Shown piece by piece: positions 26,729 through 38,344 of a stretch of 64,000 nt of DNA; the first letter of the stretch is position 1; each line of letters starts with the position of its first letter. Location: assembly GCA_048320885.1 (NCBI GenBank), contig JBLWFJ010000001.1, positions 5,633,697 through 5,697,696 on the forward strand. Reading direction: 5' to 3'. Under the pieces are notes generated by a model. That model did no database searches. It had not been told where the DNA came from and saw only the letters and a list, made by a program, of their open reading frames with translations. This DNA is from Nannocystaceae bacterium ST9. GTDB taxonomy: Bacteria; Myxococcota_A; Polyangia; Nannocystales; Nannocystaceae. A program made the position numbers and the translations under genes.

Positions 26729-27238
26729 ATGAAAACCATGTACGACAAATCCCGTAGTCTTCGCCACCTCACTCTGATCGGCGTCGTCGGCTTGATCGCC
26801 GGGCCGTCGATCGGCGCGGCGGCGAACCAGTCCGACCCGCTCGCGCCGATCGCCGCGGCCGATCCCGATTGCGACGAGAAGTCGTCGATCTCGCTCGAGA
26901 TCGACGTCGCGACCGGCAAGATCTACCTCGACGAGGGCAACCAGGGCCTGACGCTGATCGACGACGACCTCGACGTCTACTTCGGCTCGCTGACCAACGT
27001 GGACGTGATCCTGCAATTCTCGACCGGCGAGTGGATCGTCGCGCTCGAGCCCGAGAACGGCGCGGTCCAATCCCGGCAGACCGTCGGCGGCGTGGTCCGT
27101 CATCGGATCGGCCTGGGCACCAGCAAGTACGTGCTCAGCTCCGCCGCGTCCTCGCAGCAGTCCACGATGCTGAACATGACCCCGGTCGTGCCCGACATCG
27201 TGCTGCGGCCCAAGCCGGACTGCCCGCCCTCGACTTGA
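26729..27238 (+). CDS. Hypothetical secreted protein
   Basis: ATG with GAGAGGA RBS. MKTMYDKSRSLRHLTLIGVVGLIAGPSIGAAA signal peptide. Codon usage is less GC-biased than its surroundings. Confidence 0.45.
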   Translation: MKTMYDKSRSLRHLTLIGVVGLIAGPSIGAAANQSDPLAPIAAADPDCDEKSSISLEIDVATGKIYLDEGNQGLTLIDDDLDVYFGSLTNVDVILQFSTGEWIVALEPENGAVQSRQTVGGVVRHRIGLGTSKYVLSSAASSQQSTMLNMTPVVPDIVLRPKPDCPPST

Positions 27239-27402
27239 GCGGTACGCCGAGCGAACGCGAGGGGGAATCCTGAGCAGCGTACGCGTGTCGCATCATTCAG
27301 CTCCGGGCTCTCGCTGCTCAGCGAGCGCCCGGACGCCCACTGCTCATTCTCCCATCGTGGGCTCGACTTGACATTCGCGCGGTTTAATGATATCAATCAT
27401 AT

Positions 27403-28701
27403 GTGATCGCCGATCGTTTGGAATCCATCGAACAGCTCGCCCAGCAGATCGCCGAACTCGCCCGCAGCGTCGATACGGTCAAGCACGCATGGCTCGGTCG
27501 AATCCGTGAATTCGACGCCCGCAATGGTTGGGCAGACACGGGCTGCGTCTCGATGGTCGCGTGGCTGGCCTGGTGGACGGGGACCAGCAACAAGACGGCC
27601 AGCGAGCATGTCCGTATCGCCCGAGCGCTCGGCGAGCTGCCTTTGATCGATCGCGCGTTCGCAGCCGGGGAGCTGACCTATTCCAAGGTTCGCGCGCTCA
27701 CCCGCGCCGCCACGCCGGCCACGCAACAAACCCTGATAGACGTGGCCAAGGCCGCGACCGCCAGCCAACTCGACAAGATCGTCGCTGGATTGCGGCGAGT
27801 CCGAGCGCACGCGAATCCCGAGCAGGGCGTCGAGCCACCGCGCCGATTCGCCCGCTTCACCGAGACGCCGGACGGCATGGTGCGAATCGTCGCCCAGGTC
27901 GGGCCCGAGGAGGCGCTCGTTCTTCGAGCGGCGATGGACATGGCGCAATCTCCCGCGGGAGATTCGACGTCTCCCCGCGCCGCCAACGACCCGCAATCTC
28001 CCGCAGGAGATTACGGCTCCGACCAAGCCGACGCGTTGGTCGCCGTCGCGCGGGGCTATCTCGAGCGCAAGCCGACCACGCGCGGAACCGGATGCGAGCT
28101 GATCATGATGACCACGCCCGAGCAGCTCGCCCACGGACCCGATGGGATCGGCGGATTCTTGCGCGATGGCACGCCGCTACCGCTACATGTCGCCCGAATG
28201 CTGGCCTGCGACGCTGCGCGGGTCGATGTGAGCGTCGGTGACTCGGGCGAGATCCTCGACGTCGGACGTTCGCGTCGAACCATCCCCACGGCGATAGGGC
28301 GCGCGCTGACGCTGCGCGACGGTGGCTGTCGCGTGCCCGGCTGCGGGCGCTCGCGGCATCTACAAGCCCATCACGTTGAAGCGTGGGCAGAGGGCGGGGA
28401 GACCTCGATCTCGAACCTGGTGCTGCTCTGCCCCGGCCACCATGGCTTGGTCCACGAGGGCAAGCTGCATGTCGAGGTTCGGGCAGGCAAGCTCGAGTTC
28501 ATAAATGTCCATGGTCTGCCCCTCGCGCCTGCGCCAAACCACTGCATCGACCCCGGGGCCGTCGCGGCTTGGCTCGACGCGGCCGAACCATCGAGCGAGC
28601 CGCCGATCGCGTGGGACGGGAGTCGGCTCGATCTTCACGAGGTGATCGGTTGGATGATGCTGGCCGAGGGATTTCGAGCGGACGTGGGCGCGTGGGGATG
28701 A
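27403..28701 (+). CDS. DUF222 + HNH endonuclease (13E12-repeat-family-like HNH nuclease)
   Basis: N-terminal DUF222-like region (…ARNGWADTGCVSMVAWLAWWTG…SEHVRIARALGELP…). C-terminal HNH (…DGGCRVPGCGRSRHLQAHHVEAWAEGGETSISNLVLLCPGHHGLVHEG…). Preceded by an AT-rich stretch (ttaatgatatcaatcatatg). Confidence 0.8.
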   Translation: MIADRLESIEQLAQQIAELARSVDTVKHAWLGRIREFDARNGWADTGCVSMVAWLAWWTGTSNKTASEHVRIARALGELPLIDRAFAAGELTYSKVRALTRAATPATQQTLIDVAKAATASQLDKIVAGLRRVRAHANPEQGVEPPRRFARFTETPDGMVRIVAQVGPEEALVLRAAMDMAQSPAGDSTSPRAANDPQSPAGDYGSDQADALVAVARGYLERKPTTRGTGCELIMMTTPEQLAHGPDGIGGFLRDGTPLPLHVARMLACDAARVDVSVGDSGEILDVGRSRRTIPTAIGRALTLRDGGCRVPGCGRSRHLQAHHVEAWAEGGETSISNLVLLCPGHHGLVHEGKLHVEVRAGKLEFINVHGLPLAPAPNHCIDPGAVAAWLDAAEPSSEPPIAWDGSRLDLHEVIGWMMLAEGFRADVGAWG

Positions 28702-28775
28702 TTGTGCAGGGCTCATCTCGCCTGGTCAGCTCAGGCGTGGATCCGCCTCGGTGCTCACCGAGCGCAGGAAGACGA

Positions 28776-30197
28776 TCACACCGTCGCAGAGAAGCGAGCG
28801 GCCGCGGCCTGCTTGGTCCGCAGTCGCTCGTCGAACACCATCGCGACGTTGCGGACGAAGAAGCGCCCGAGCGGGGTCAGCCGCAGCGCGTCGACGTCGT
28901 CGATCAGCAGGCCGTCGAACTCGGCCGCGTGCAGCTCGGCCAGCTCGCGCTGGAAGTGGCGATCGAAGTCGACGTCGAAGCGCTCGCGGATTCGCTCGCG
29001 CTCGACTTGGTGCTGGCACATCAGGTCCTCGATCACCGCCGCGCGGAGGCGATCTTCGGGCGTGCGGACGATGCCCTTGGCGGTCGGCAGCTCGCCGCGC
29101 TCGATCGCCTGCTGCCAGTGGATCAGCTTGGCGTGGTTCTGCACGTAGGTGCCGGCGACCTCGCCGATCGCGGTGACGCCGAAGCCGAGCAGGTCGGTCC
29201 CGGCCGTGACCGTGTAGCCCATGAAGTTGCGGCGCAGCGTCCCGGCCCGCTCGGCACGGGCGAGCGGATCGTCGGGCCACGCGAAGTGGTCCATGCCGAT
29301 CGCTCGATAGCCGACCGCGAGCAGGCGCTCGCGCGCGCTCAGAAACAGCTCGAGGCGGGCGGCGGCGTCGGGCAGCGTGCTCGGATCGATCGCGCGCTGG
29401 TTGCCGCGGCCGGGCATCCAGGGCACGTGGGCGTAGCCGTAGAGCGCGATCCGATCGGGCGCCAGCTCGAGCACGCCGTCGAGGGTCCGCTGCATGCTGG
29501 CCTCGCTCTGCGCGGGCAGGCCATAGACGAGGTCGAGGTTGATCCCGCGGACTCCGGCGGCGCGGCAGCCCACGACGACCTCGCGGATCCGATCGAAGCT
29601 CTGCAGCCGACCGATCGCGCGCTGGACCTCGGGGTCGAGATCCTGGACGCCGAGCGAGACGCGATCGATCCCGAGCTCGGCGAAGAGTCCGACGTGCTCG
29701 TCGGTGGTCGCGCGCGCGTCGAGCTCGATCGACCACTCGCGTCCGTGGCGATGATCGTCGGCGAACTCGCGCGAGATCGCTTCGAACACGCGGGCCAGCT
29801 GCGCGGGCGAGAGGTAGCTGGGTGTGCCGCCGCCCAGGTGCAATTGCGCGAGCTGCCGACGCGCGCCGAGCCGATGACCGACCAGCTCGATCTCGCGGAT
29901 CAGGTGGGCGACGTAGGGCTCGGCCACGCGATCGTGATCGGGGCTGGCGATCACCGAGCAAGCGCAGAAACTGCATCGCTGGGCACAGAAGGGCACGTGG
30001 ACGTAGGCCGACCACGATTCGCTGGTGCGCGCGCGGGCGAGCTCGAGCCGGCGCGCGTAGTCGTCGGAATCGAGCGGGCCGAAGTCGGCGGCCGTCGGGT
30101 AGCTGGTGTAGCGCGGGCCGGCCTTCGAATGGCGGGCCGCGAGCTGACGCAGACGTTGGCGGGAGAGCTCATCGACGGGTGAGGTGGACTCGAGCAC
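28776..30197 (-). CDS. hemN: Oxygen-independent coproporphyrinogen III oxidase (radical SAM)
   Basis: …GPRYTSYPTA… N-terminal HemN motif. Radical SAM CAQRCSFCAC. Full-length HemN-like C-terminus. The GTG start was chosen ~25 aa upstream of PRYTSYP and is uncertain. Confidence 0.85.
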   Translation of the reverse strand: MLESTSPVDELSRQRLRQLAARHSKAGPRYTSYPTAADFGPLDSDDYARRLELARARTSESWSAYVHVPFCAQRCSFCACSVIASPDHDRVAEPYVAHLIREIELVGHRLGARRQLAQLHLGGGTPSYLSPAQLARVFEAISREFADDHRHGREWSIELDARATTDEHVGLFAELGIDRVSLGVQDLDPEVQRAIGRLQSFDRIREVVVGCRAAGVRGINLDLVYGLPAQSEASMQRTLDGVLELAPDRIALYGYAHVPWMPGRGNQRAIDPSTLPDAAARLELFLSARERLLAVGYRAIGMDHFAWPDDPLARAERAGTLRRNFMGYTVTAGTDLLGFGVTAIGEVAGTYVQNHAKLIHWQQAIERGELPTAKGIVRTPEDRLRAAVIEDLMCQHQVERERIRERFDVDFDRHFQRELAELHAAEFDGLLIDDVDALRLTPLGRFFVRNVAMVFDERLRTKQAAAARFSATV

Positions 30198-30354
30198 CGC
30201 GTTCAGGATCGCAGCTCGGCCGGTCGAGCGCGTCGGCAATGCGTGCAGCGAGTCCACGCACGACGACCGCGATGGCGTGTGCCGAGCCTGCACAGTCAGC
30301 GCACGAAAACCGTGCGCTTTTCCGGCCCGGCGAGCTCGGGCAGCTTGAACTTCG
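30198..30354. promoter_or_regulatory. Divergent promoter region between hemN and the boxB-like gene
   Basis: 157-bp gap between divergent starts. Confidence 0.3.
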
Positions 30355-31779
<1,425 letters not shown>

Positions 31780-31822
31780 TCGAAGCGCGCGCTCGGGCTA
31801 CCTCGGCTACGGAGACTTTGTC

Positions 31823-32005
31823 ATGACTTTCGCGATCACGTGGTTCTCGGCCTTCGAAATCGTGGCGGGCGAGCTCGCTCGCCCCAAACCGACCGATCTC
31901 TGGGCGTTCTGGCTGCTCGCCGGACTGTGGATGGGCATCCTGTCGAGCGCCTGGGTGCTCTATCGGTGGTTGCGCAAGGACGACGAAGGGACGCGAGGGC
32001 TCTGA
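31823..32005 (+). CDS. Small two-helix membrane protein (hypothetical)
   Basis: 60 aa, ITWFSAFEIVAGEL…LWAFWLLAGLWMGILSSAWVLY. Sits between the boxB-like gene and the HTTM gene, with its stop 2 nt before the next ATG. Confidence 0.4.
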   Translation: MTFAITWFSAFEIVAGELARPKPTDLWAFWLLAGLWMGILSSAWVLYRWLRKDDEGTRGL

Positions 32006-32007
32006 TC

Positions 32008-34482
32008 ATGATCGCATTCGCCGAGGCCCCACCCTTGCCCGAGGCGCTCGCGCTCGGACCGACGATCGGCTGGCTGCTCTTCGCCTGCGCGCTGGCGTTT
32101 TGCGCGATCATCGTGCTCGATCGCGAGCGCTGGCGGAAATTCTGGCTGCGCACCGAGGACCCCCGCTCGATGGCGGCGTTTCGGATCGCGTTCGCGATCG
32201 TGTTGTTGCTCAACATCAACAACATGTGGGTGCACTTCGAGTACCTGTTCACCGACGAGGGGCTGTTCTACACCGACTCGGCCCGGCAGTTCCTCGCGGG
32301 CGGGCAATTCAAGGGCTACGGCGACGGGGTCGGCGGCGAGCCGACCGGGTTCTTCGACGTCGCCGCGGTCCTGACCTGGGCCAAGGGCCCGCGCTATTCG
32401 CTGCTGTATTTCTGGGACAGCCCGCAGGCGTTCTGGATTCAGCTGTGGATGTTCGAGATCGCGACGATCGCGTTCCTGGTCGGGTTTCGCACGCGCCTGG
32501 CCGGATTCGTCAGCCTGATCCTGACGCTCGGTTTCATGAATCGGGCCTCGATCTATCAGAGCGGCGCCGACGTGGTGTTTCGCGTGATGTTCATCTACCT
32601 GGTCCTGGCCAAGACCGGGCACGCGTGGAGCGTCGACAATTGGCTGCGCTGCCGAAGGCTGCGCAAGCAGGGCAAGCTGAGCGAGCGCGAGGGCCCGGGC
32701 GGAGGCGCGGGCGTGCCGGCCAGCGCCGAGCAGCCCGAGGGGCTCGCGGCGATCCATCGGCGGATCCCGGCGTGGCCGCGAATGCTGATGATCCTTCAGC
32801 TCGCTACCATCTATCTGTGGACCGGCAGCGCCAAGACCGGCGACGTCTGGTGGAAGGGCGACTCGCTCTATTACGCGCTGAGCCTCGACCACTTCGCGCG
32901 CGTGCCCTCGCAGTACCTCGTCTACGTGTTCGGGACCAACCTGTTTCGGTTGATGACCTGGACCGTGCATTATTGGCAGATCGGTTTCTTCTTGATGGTG
33001 CTCGGCCTGATCGTGCGTTGGGCTCGACGCGAGGGCCTCGAGCCGCCGACCGGCTGGCGCCGCCAGGCCATGCGCGCGGCCTGGATCACGATCGGCCTGT
33101 GCGGATTGGCGATCACCTGGGTCGGCCTGCCGGTCCACGTGCCGGCCGAGAGCCCGATCGCGGTCTCGACCATTCAATGGTTGGTCGCCGGCACCTGGCT
33201 GGCGCTGATGGCCGGGATCGGCTGGGGCTGGTGGCGGCTGCGCGAGCGGCCCTTCGAACTGAAGCTCCGCAAGTGGAGCTATCGGCTCGACCTCGAGCGC
33301 TTCTTCGCGCTGGTGTTCGGCCGGCGCTGGTGGCTGACGCTCGGGATCATCTTTCACCTGCACATCTTGGTGCTGATGAACATCGGCATGTTCGCGCCGG
33401 TGATGATCGTGACCTACATGGTCGCGCTCAACGGCACCGAGCTCGCGCTGCTGGTCCGCCGCTGCGGCCAGAGCCTGGCCAAGCTGGGCGTACCTGGCAA
33501 TCTGGGCATTCCGGCCTGGGTGGCCCGCGGCGAGCGGATCACTCCGACCGAGGATCCCGCCTGCGCGCGCCACCACGACGGTCGGCGGCTGCCCGACGTC
33601 GCGCTGGCGATCGCGTTCGGGCTCGCGGCGCTGGCCGTGGTCGCCAAGGTTCAGGAGGTCGACCGCTGGTGGTGGTTGTTGCTGGCGGGATTGGCCACGC
33701 CGCTGCTGGTCGGGCTCGGCCAGCGCCTGCGCGAGCGCGGCGAGCCGCCGCAGCCGGTCGTGGACGCGTGGGCCTACGGCTGGCTCGGCCGCACGCTGAT
33801 AGCGACCTTGGTGACCGTGCAGATCGCCGCGGTCGCGACCTGGGGCATCCCCGACAAGGCCTGCACCGAGAGCTTCCGCAAGCCGGCCAAGCAGGTCGTC
33901 GCGCGCTGGCTCAACGTGACCGAGACCTACCAGAGCTGGAACATGTTCGCGCCCAACCCGAGCCGCTCGAACGTGTTCATGAACGTCTACGTGACCGACC
34001 CGCGCGGCGAGACCTGGGACCTCTACACCGACGCCAATTCGCCGCGCAACAAGGCCAACCCGTGGTGGATCTACGATCGCATGGGCAAGATCACCCGGCG
34101 GGTGACCGGCGACGGTCCGCAGTATCAGAAGTGGGTGGCTCGCTATCACTGCCGGCAGTGGGCGCTCGAGCACGAAGGCCAGCTGCCGCGCAAGGTCGAG
34201 GTCGTCAAGCAGTGGTACGTGATCCCCACGCCCGATCGCCTGCGCAAGATCGGGCCCTACGATCCCGGCGAGTACCTGGCCAAGCACGGCAAGGACGAGC
34301 TGGTCTACACGGCCTGGTGCGCCCGCGAGCCCGACGGCCAACCGACCAACGCCCAGCGGGCACGGCACGGCCTGCCCGAGGTGCCCGAGTCGCAGATCAA
34401 GCGAGCCGTGCGGCCGCGCTGGGACGCGTGGCAGCGCGAGCGAGCCCGCGAGGACGGCGAGCTCGAGCTCAGCGGCGACTGA
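32008..34482 (+). CDS. Large polytopic membrane protein with an N-terminal HTTM (vitamin K-dependent gamma-carboxylase-like) domain
   Basis: …SMAAFRIAFAIVLLLNINNMWVHFEYLFTDEGLFYTDSAR… matches the HTTM start motif. Many TM helices. Second half carries …TETYQSWNMFAPNP… and W/Y-rich soluble segments. ~824 aa. Confidence 0.65.
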   Translation: MIAFAEAPPLPEALALGPTIGWLLFACALAFCAIIVLDRERWRKFWLRTEDPRSMAAFRIAFAIVLLLNINNMWVHFEYLFTDEGLFYTDSARQFLAGGQFKGYGDGVGGEPTGFFDVAAVLTWAKGPRYSLLYFWDSPQAFWIQLWMFEIATIAFLVGFRTRLAGFVSLILTLGFMNRASIYQSGADVVFRVMFIYLVLAKTGHAWSVDNWLRCRRLRKQGKLSEREGPGGGAGVPASAEQPEGLAAIHRRIPAWPRMLMILQLATIYLWTGSAKTGDVWWKGDSLYYALSLDHFARVPSQYLVYVFGTNLFRLMTWTVHYWQIGFFLMVLGLIVRWARREGLEPPTGWRRQAMRAAWITIGLCGLAITWVGLPVHVPAESPIAVSTIQWLVAGTWLALMAGIGWGWWRLRERPFELKLRKWSYRLDLERFFALVFGRRWWLTLGIIFHLHILVLMNIGMFAPVMIVTYMVALNGTELALLVRRCGQSLAKLGVPGNLGIPAWVARGERITPTEDPACARHHDGRRLPDVALAIAFGLAALAVVAKVQEVDRWWWLLLAGLATPLLVGLGQRLRERGEPPQPVVDAWAYGWLGRTLIATLVTVQIAAVATWGIPDKACTESFRKPAKQVVARWLNVTETYQSWNMFAPNPSRSNVFMNVYVTDPRGETWDLYTDANSPRNKANPWWIYDRMGKITRRVTGDGPQYQKWVARYHCRQWALEHEGQLPRKVEVVKQWYVIPTPDRLRKIGPYDPGEYLAKHGKDELVYTAWCAREPDGQPTNAQRARHGLPEVPESQIKRAVRPRWDAWQRERAREDGELELSGD

Positions 34483-35140
34483 GCTGGTCGACGCGGCGCT
34501 CGAGGATCGAGAGGTCCTGATCGGCGAAGAGCCGGCGCGCCTGCGCGAGCGTGGCCGCAGCGTCGTCGGCCTGCGAGGCCCGCAGTCGCGCGGCCTCGCG
34601 GGCGCTCTCGCAGGTCTCGGGCCAGCCATGGACAGCGAGTACGGCGAGATCAGAGAGCTCGGCCAGCGCCGGCAGCAGCCCGCCGAGCCCGAGCACGGCG
34701 ATCTGGATCTCGACGTAGTCCTCGAACCCGATCGCCAACGGCAGCAGCACGCCGCGACCAGAGTCGTGCATGAACAGCTCGCCGCTCGCCCGGGCCAAGA
34801 CCATCACGCCCTCGCCACCTTCGGGGTGATCTTCGAAGTGCGAGAGATCGGCGGCCAAGACCTGCTCGGGCGAGCCCGCGTCGAACCACTGCGACCCGAC
34901 CCGATCGCCTCCGACCGGCTCGATCGCCAGCCAGTGCAGCTCGCCTTGGTTGGGGCCCTCGCGCTCGAACCAGCGGACCGCGATGTCGCTCGGGTAGATC
35001 GGGTAGGCGGGCGCGACCAACGACTCGCCCGCGTGGGCGGCGATCACTTCGAAGCGTGGATCGGCGCTCAGTCGTCGGAGCCGCTCGTGGAGGCGCGCTC
35101 GCCAGCGAAGGTCTCGGGCGTCGTCGAACTCGAAGCTCAT
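34469..35140 (-). CDS. Hypothetical protein
   Basis: 223-aa ORF with coding-like composition. Converges on the HTTM gene with a 14-nt overlap. Confidence 0.45.
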   Translation of the reverse strand: MSFEFDDARDLRWRARLHERLRRLSADPRFEVIAAHAGESLVAPAYPIYPSDIAVRWFEREGPNQGELHWLAIEPVGGDRVGSQWFDAGSPEQVLAADLSHFEDHPEGGEGVMVLARASGELFMHDSGRGVLLPLAIGFEDYVEIQIAVLGLGGLLPALAELSDLAVLAVHGWPETCESAREAARLRASQADDAAATLAQARRLFADQDLSILERRVDQLSRR

Positions 35141-35156
35141 CGGCGGCGAAGATATA

Positions 35157-35834
35157 TCAAGTCAGCACGATGCCCTCGTGCTCGATCAGCCGATCGAGCG
35201 CCCGCTCCATGATCGCCCGCGCGCGGGCGGTGCTCTCGAAGAGCAGCCGGTGGACCTCGGCGTCGGCCGGGTTGCGGTTCTCGCAATTTCGCGAGTAGCG
35301 CTCGAAGTCGAGGAGGCTCTGGAGCAGGGCCGAGAGATGGTTGGGGCACTCGCACTCGACCTTGCTGGCGATCTGCTGGAGCTTGCCGAGCTGGGCGTGG
35401 GTGTAGCGGGCGGGCGTGAGTCCGCCGGTCTGTGAGGCGCCCGAGCCGAGGATGTTGCGGGCGATGATGTTCATCATCTGCGAGCGCAGCTGCGGCAGGT
35501 TGACCGGCGCCCGCAGGGCTCGCACGCGCGGACCATCGGCGAGCCGCTCGAGCAGCTCGCGCTTGGCGAACGCATACAAGGTGATCGCCAGCTCGGCGCC
35601 GGTGAGCTGGACCATCTCGTCGATCGCCGCGACCGGATCGGCGCCGAGCAACTCGAGGTTGACCAGCAGGACGTCGATCTCGAGCTCGGGCGCGGCCTTG
35701 CGGAGCGCCGCGAGCGAGGTTCCGTGCCAGACGACCTCGAGGTCGCTGGCGTGTTCGCTGCTGGCCCGGAGCTGGGCGGCGGCGCTCTCGTCGAGGACCG
35801 CCAGGCGGACTGCGGAGGTGGGGGGCTTGGACAT
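35157..35834 (-). CDS. Hypothetical regulator-like protein (receiver-like N-terminal half; C-terminal CECPNHL motif)
   Basis: Internal ATG MSKPPTSAVRLAVLDESAAAQLRA…IDVLLVNLELLGADPVAAIDEMVQ… (receiver-like, no obvious phospho-Asp). C-terminal …LGKLQQIASKVECECPNHLSALLQSLLDFERYSRNCE…. Divergent from hypF. Confidence 0.5.
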   Translation of the reverse strand: MSKPPTSAVRLAVLDESAAAQLRASSEHASDLEVVWHGTSLAALRKAAPELEIDVLLVNLELLGADPVAAIDEMVQLTGAELAITLYAFAKRELLERLADGPRVRALRAPVNLPQLRSQMMNIIARNILGSGASQTGGLTPARYTHAQLGKLQQIASKVECECPNHLSALLQSLLDFERYSRNCENRNPADAEVHRLLFESTARARAIMERALDRLIEHEGIVLT

Positions 35835-35967
35835 GGCGAGCCGGGCTTGAACGCGATCGCTGCGGGTGCAAGCGGGCCTTCGTTCGTGCGGCTCCCTCGG
35901 GCAGCGCGGCGCAGGATCGGCGGGGCGCGAATCAGCGCGGCATACGCTATGCTGGCGGGCAGCGGCG
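35835..35967. promoter_or_regulatory. Divergent promoter region between the regulator-like gene and hypF
   Basis: 133-bp gap between divergent starts. Confidence 0.3.
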
Positions 35968-38343
35968 ATGCACGAGCTCTGCGTGAAGGAGATCCGCATC
36001 ACCGGCACCGTCCAGGGCGTCGGCTTTCGCCCGACCGTGTGGCGCTTGGCCAACGAAGAAGGATTGGTCGGCGAGGTGCTCAACGACGGCGCCGGCCTGT
36101 TGATCCGCGCCGGGGGCTCGCGGGCCGCGATCGAGCGCTTGCTCGCCCGCCTGAGCGCCGAGGCGCCCGTGCTCGCGCGGATCGAGGCGATTCGGGTGTG
36201 TGATTCGAGCGCGTCGATCGCGAGTCGAGAATTTCGAATCGCCGCGAGCGAGTCCGGCGAGCCACGCACGCGGGTGGCCAGCGACGCGGCGATCTGTGCC
36301 GAGTGCCTGGCCGAAATGCTCGATCCCCACGATCGTCGCTTCGGCCATCCATTCGTCACTTGCACGAATTGTGGCCCGCGATTCTCGATCCTCGAGCGGC
36401 TGCCCTACGATCGTGCGAATACCACGATGGCGAATTTCTCGATGTGCGCGCGCTGTCGGGCCGAGTACGAGCAACCCGACGATCGCCGCTTTCACGCCCA
36501 GCCGATCGCCTGCGCCGAGTGTGGACCGATGGTCTGGCTCGAGTCGCTCGCGTCTGGATCGTGGGAGCCGCGGTCCGAGGTCGTGGCGACTCGGGCGGCC
36601 GCGATCGAGGCGGCGGGGCAGGCCCTGCTCGACGGAAAGATCGTCGCGATTCGCGGCCTGGGCGGCTACCACCTGGCCTGCGACGCGAGCGAGAGCGCGG
36701 CGGTCGATCGCCTGCGCGTCCGCAAGCATCGCGGCGGCAAGCCCTTGGCGATCATGGTCCGCGACGCCGCGATGGCGCGTCGCTGGGTGCGGCTCGACCC
36801 GATCGAGCAGGCGGTGTTCGAGAGCCCCGCGGCGCCGATCGTCGTCGCGCGCGTGGCCGGGTCCGAGTCGCCGCCCGCCGGCTTGGCCCCGGGTCTGACC
36901 ACGCTCGGGCTGATGCGGGCCTACACGCCGCTGCACCGCCTGCTGATCGATCGCGTCGATCGGCCCTTGGTGATGACCAGCGGCAACCCGAGCGAGGCGC
37001 CGCAGATCCTCGCCAACCCGCAGGCGCGCGTGGACCTGGCCGGGATCGCCGATCTCGCGCTGATGCACGATCGCGAGATCGCCCACCGCGTCGACGACTC
37101 GCTGGTCTGCGTCATGGCCGGCGCGCCCCGGCTGCTGCGTCGGGCTCGCGGCTACGCGCCCGAGCCGATCGCCCTGCCGCCGGGTTTCGAAGCCGTGCCG
37201 CCGCTGCTGGCCTTCGGTGGCTCGCAGAGCTCGACCTTCTGTCTGCTCGGCGCCGGCGTGGCCTCGCTCTCGCCCCATCAGGGCGACCTCGATCACCCGG
37301 ACGCCTTCGACGACTACCGGCGCAACCTCGCGCTCTACCAGACGATGCTCGAGCATCGACCGCGTCGACTCGCGGCCGATCTGCACCCCGAGTATCGCTC
37401 GACCGCGCTCGCGCGCGAGCTCGCGAGCACGCAGGCGCTGCCGCTGAGCTTGGTCCAGCACCACCACGCTCACGTCGCCAGTTGCATGGCCGAGCATGGG
37501 CTCGCTCGGGACACGCCGGCGGTCTTGGGCGTGGCGCTCGACGGGCTCGGTCTCGGGCTCGGGTTCGAATCCGAGCTCGAGCTCTGGGGCGGCGAGTTCT
37601 TGCTCGCCGACTATAGCGAGGCGCGGCGGCTGGCCTCGCTGGCCCCGGTCGCGCTGCCCGGCGGCGATCGAGCGGCGCGCGAGCCCTGGCGCAGCTTCTA
37701 CGCTCACGTCGCGCGGGCGATCGGCTGGGCCCGGGTCGGCGAGCGCTGGCCCGGGCTCGCGCTTCACCGCGACTTGGCCGACAAGCCGCTCGCGGCGATC
37801 CAACGCATGCTGGATCGCGGTCTGGCGGTCCCTCGCGCGTCGTCGTGCGGTCGGCTCTTCGACGCCGTCGCGTTCGCGCTCGCGTGCTGCCCGGACGTCG
37901 TAGAGTACGCGGCGCAGCCAGCCATGCAGCTCGAAGCCCTCGCCGATCGCAGCGCGCCCGTGCACGAGGGCTACCCCTTCGCGCTCGTCGACGATCCGAG
38001 CGCGGCGATCCGGCGCCTCGACTTCGCGCCGATCTGGCCGGCGCTCTTCGACGAGCTCGCGGCCGGGGTCGAGCGCTCGACGATCGCGATGCGCTTCCAT
38101 CAGACGCTCGCGCGCGCCGTGGTCGCGACGATCGTCGACCTGGCCGATCGCGGCGCTCGCTTCGACACGGTCGTGCTCTCGGGCGGCTGCATGCAGAACC
38201 GGATCCTGCTCGAAGCGCTGCACGAGTCGATCGCCGGGCTCGGGTTCGCGTGCCTGAGCCACCGCCGAGTGCCGGCCAACGACGGCGGGCTCGCGCTCGG
38301 CCAGGCGCTGGTCGCCGCGGCTCGCCACGCGGAGGGCGACTAG
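35968..38343 (+). CDS. hypF: [NiFe]-hydrogenase maturation carbamoyltransferase HypF
   Basis: Acylphosphatase domain (IRITGTVQGVGFRP). Two Zn-finger CxxC…CxxC pairs. YrdC-like and Kae1-like carbamoyltransferase domains. Confidence 0.92.
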   Translation: MHELCVKEIRITGTVQGVGFRPTVWRLANEEGLVGEVLNDGAGLLIRAGGSRAAIERLLARLSAEAPVLARIEAIRVCDSSASIASREFRIAASESGEPRTRVASDAAICAECLAEMLDPHDRRFGHPFVTCTNCGPRFSILERLPYDRANTTMANFSMCARCRAEYEQPDDRRFHAQPIACAECGPMVWLESLASGSWEPRSEVVATRAAAIEAAGQALLDGKIVAIRGLGGYHLACDASESAAVDRLRVRKHRGGKPLAIMVRDAAMARRWVRLDPIEQAVFESPAAPIVVARVAGSESPPAGLAPGLTTLGLMRAYTPLHRLLIDRVDRPLVMTSGNPSEAPQILANPQARVDLAGIADLALMHDREIAHRVDDSLVCVMAGAPRLLRRARGYAPEPIALPPGFEAVPPLLAFGGSQSSTFCLLGAGVASLSPHQGDLDHPDAFDDYRRNLALYQTMLEHRPRRLAADLHPEYRSTALARELASTQALPLSLVQHHHAHVASCMAEHGLARDTPAVLGVALDGLGLGLGFESELELWGGEFLLADYSEARRLASLAPVALPGGDRAAREPWRSFYAHVARAIGWARVGERWPGLALHRDLADKPLAAIQRMLDRGLAVPRASSCGRLFDAVAFALACCPDVVEYAAQPAMQLEALADRSAPVHEGYPFALVDDPSAAIRRLDFAPIWPALFDELAAGVERSTIAMRFHQTLARAVVATIVDLADRGARFDTVVLSGGCMQNRILLEALHESIAGLGFACLSHRRVPANDGGLALGQALVAAARHAEGD

Positions 38344-38344
38344 C

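Noticed and set aside
31960-34629. 889-aa minus ORF and the 806-aa plus alternate-frame ORF across the HTTM gene
   Set aside because: Frame 32008..34482 gives a hydrophobic polytopic protein with an HTTM motif. The others are R/G/P-rich.
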